Shown here: in pieces, positions 27,336 to 27,854 of the stretch | Position numbering within the stretch: the stretch's first letter is position 1 | Layout of the letters: each line of letters begins with the position of its first letter | Assembly (NCBI GenBank): GCA_048550095.1 | Contig: JBLYYV010000100.1 | Location: forward strand, 1-27,854 | Direction of reading: 5' to 3' | DNA from: Gammaproteobacteria bacterium | Lineage (GTDB): Bacteria > Pseudomonadota > Gammaproteobacteria > Steroidobacterales > GCA-2729495 | DNA: 27,854 nt | Position numbers and translations under genes: made by a program | Notes under the pieces: model-generated | The model's database searches: none | Seen by the model: only the letters and a program-made list of their open reading frames with translations | What the model was told of the DNA's origin: nothing

Positions 27336-27854
27336 ATGGCAAGAGCGATCATGATCGACGAGTTCGGCGGGCCGGAAAAACTCGAATTTCGCGAGGTCGA
27401 TGTACCGGAGCCCGGGCCCGGAGAGGCTCTGATCGAGCACAAGGCGATCGGCCTGAACTTCATCGACACCTATCATCGTTCCGGGCTTTATCCGCTCGAC
27501 CTGCCGACGGGTCTCGGCGTCGAGGCGGCGGGCATCGTCACTGCGGTCGGGGATGGCGTAGATACCGTCGACGTCGGCGATCGAGTCGCCTACCTCGGAC
27601 TGCCGCCGGGGGCATATGCTGAGCAGCGGGTATTCGCGGCTGATCGGCTGGTCAGGATTCCCGACTCGGTCAGCTTCGAGACGGCCGCGGCCGCGATGCT
27701 CAAGGGTCTGACCGCCTGGTGCCTGCTGCGTCGGAGCTACGCGGTTCAGGCGGGCGACGATATCCTCGTTTACGCGGCCGCCGGTGGCGTCGGACTGATC
27801 GCCGTGCAGTGGGCCACGAGTCTCGGGGCGCGCGTCATTGGTGTCGTCAGCACC
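27336..27854 (+). CDS. qor: NADPH:quinone oxidoreductase (zeta-crystallin/MDR family), 3' end runs off the window; absent from the ORF track
   Basis: Manual translation: MARAIMIDEFGGPEKLEF...AIGLNFIDTYHRSGLYP..LPTGLGVEAAG...AAMLKGLTAW...AAAGGVG. Confidence 0.93.
   Translation, partial: MARAIMIDEFGGPEKLEFREVDVPEPGPGEALIEHKAIGLNFIDTYHRSGLYPLDLPTGLGVEAAGIVTAVGDGVDTVDVGDRVAYLGLPPGAYAEQRVFAADRLVRIPDSVSFETAAAAMLKGLTAWCLLRRSYAVQAGDDILVYAAAGGVGLIAVQWATSLGARVIGVVST

Overview
High-GC bacterial chromosomal segment, most consistent with a non-enteric Gammaproteobacterium (inferred from gene content). It is densely coding; I saw no tRNA, rRNA, CRISPR array, integrase or transposase. Gene order: argG (partial) and argR; carboxylesterase; nudC; a divergent FlhC-like / FlhD-like regulator pair; YadGH-type ABC exporter; SRAP/HMCES protein; exeB/exeA; ispA with mevalonate-pathway genes (diphosphomevalonate decarboxylase, phosphomevalonate kinase-like GHMP kinase, long HMG-CoA synthase); DUF4399 lipoprotein; fadE; mdh; small secreted protein; PAS-GGDEF-EAL protein; receiver-TM-OmpA-like protein; YheT hydrolase; DUF2845; gshA; ferredoxin reductase; qor (partial). 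The best candidate for an undescribed system is the FlhDC-like pair. It is divergent rather than operonic, the FlhD-like partner appears to hold two FlhD repeats in one chain, and no flagellar or conjugative genes are nearby. Next most interesting are the mevalonate cluster around an ispA lacking its usual xseB/dxs neighbours, and the receiver-OmpA-like fusion. All family assignments come from motif recognition and remembered reference sequences, not database searches.
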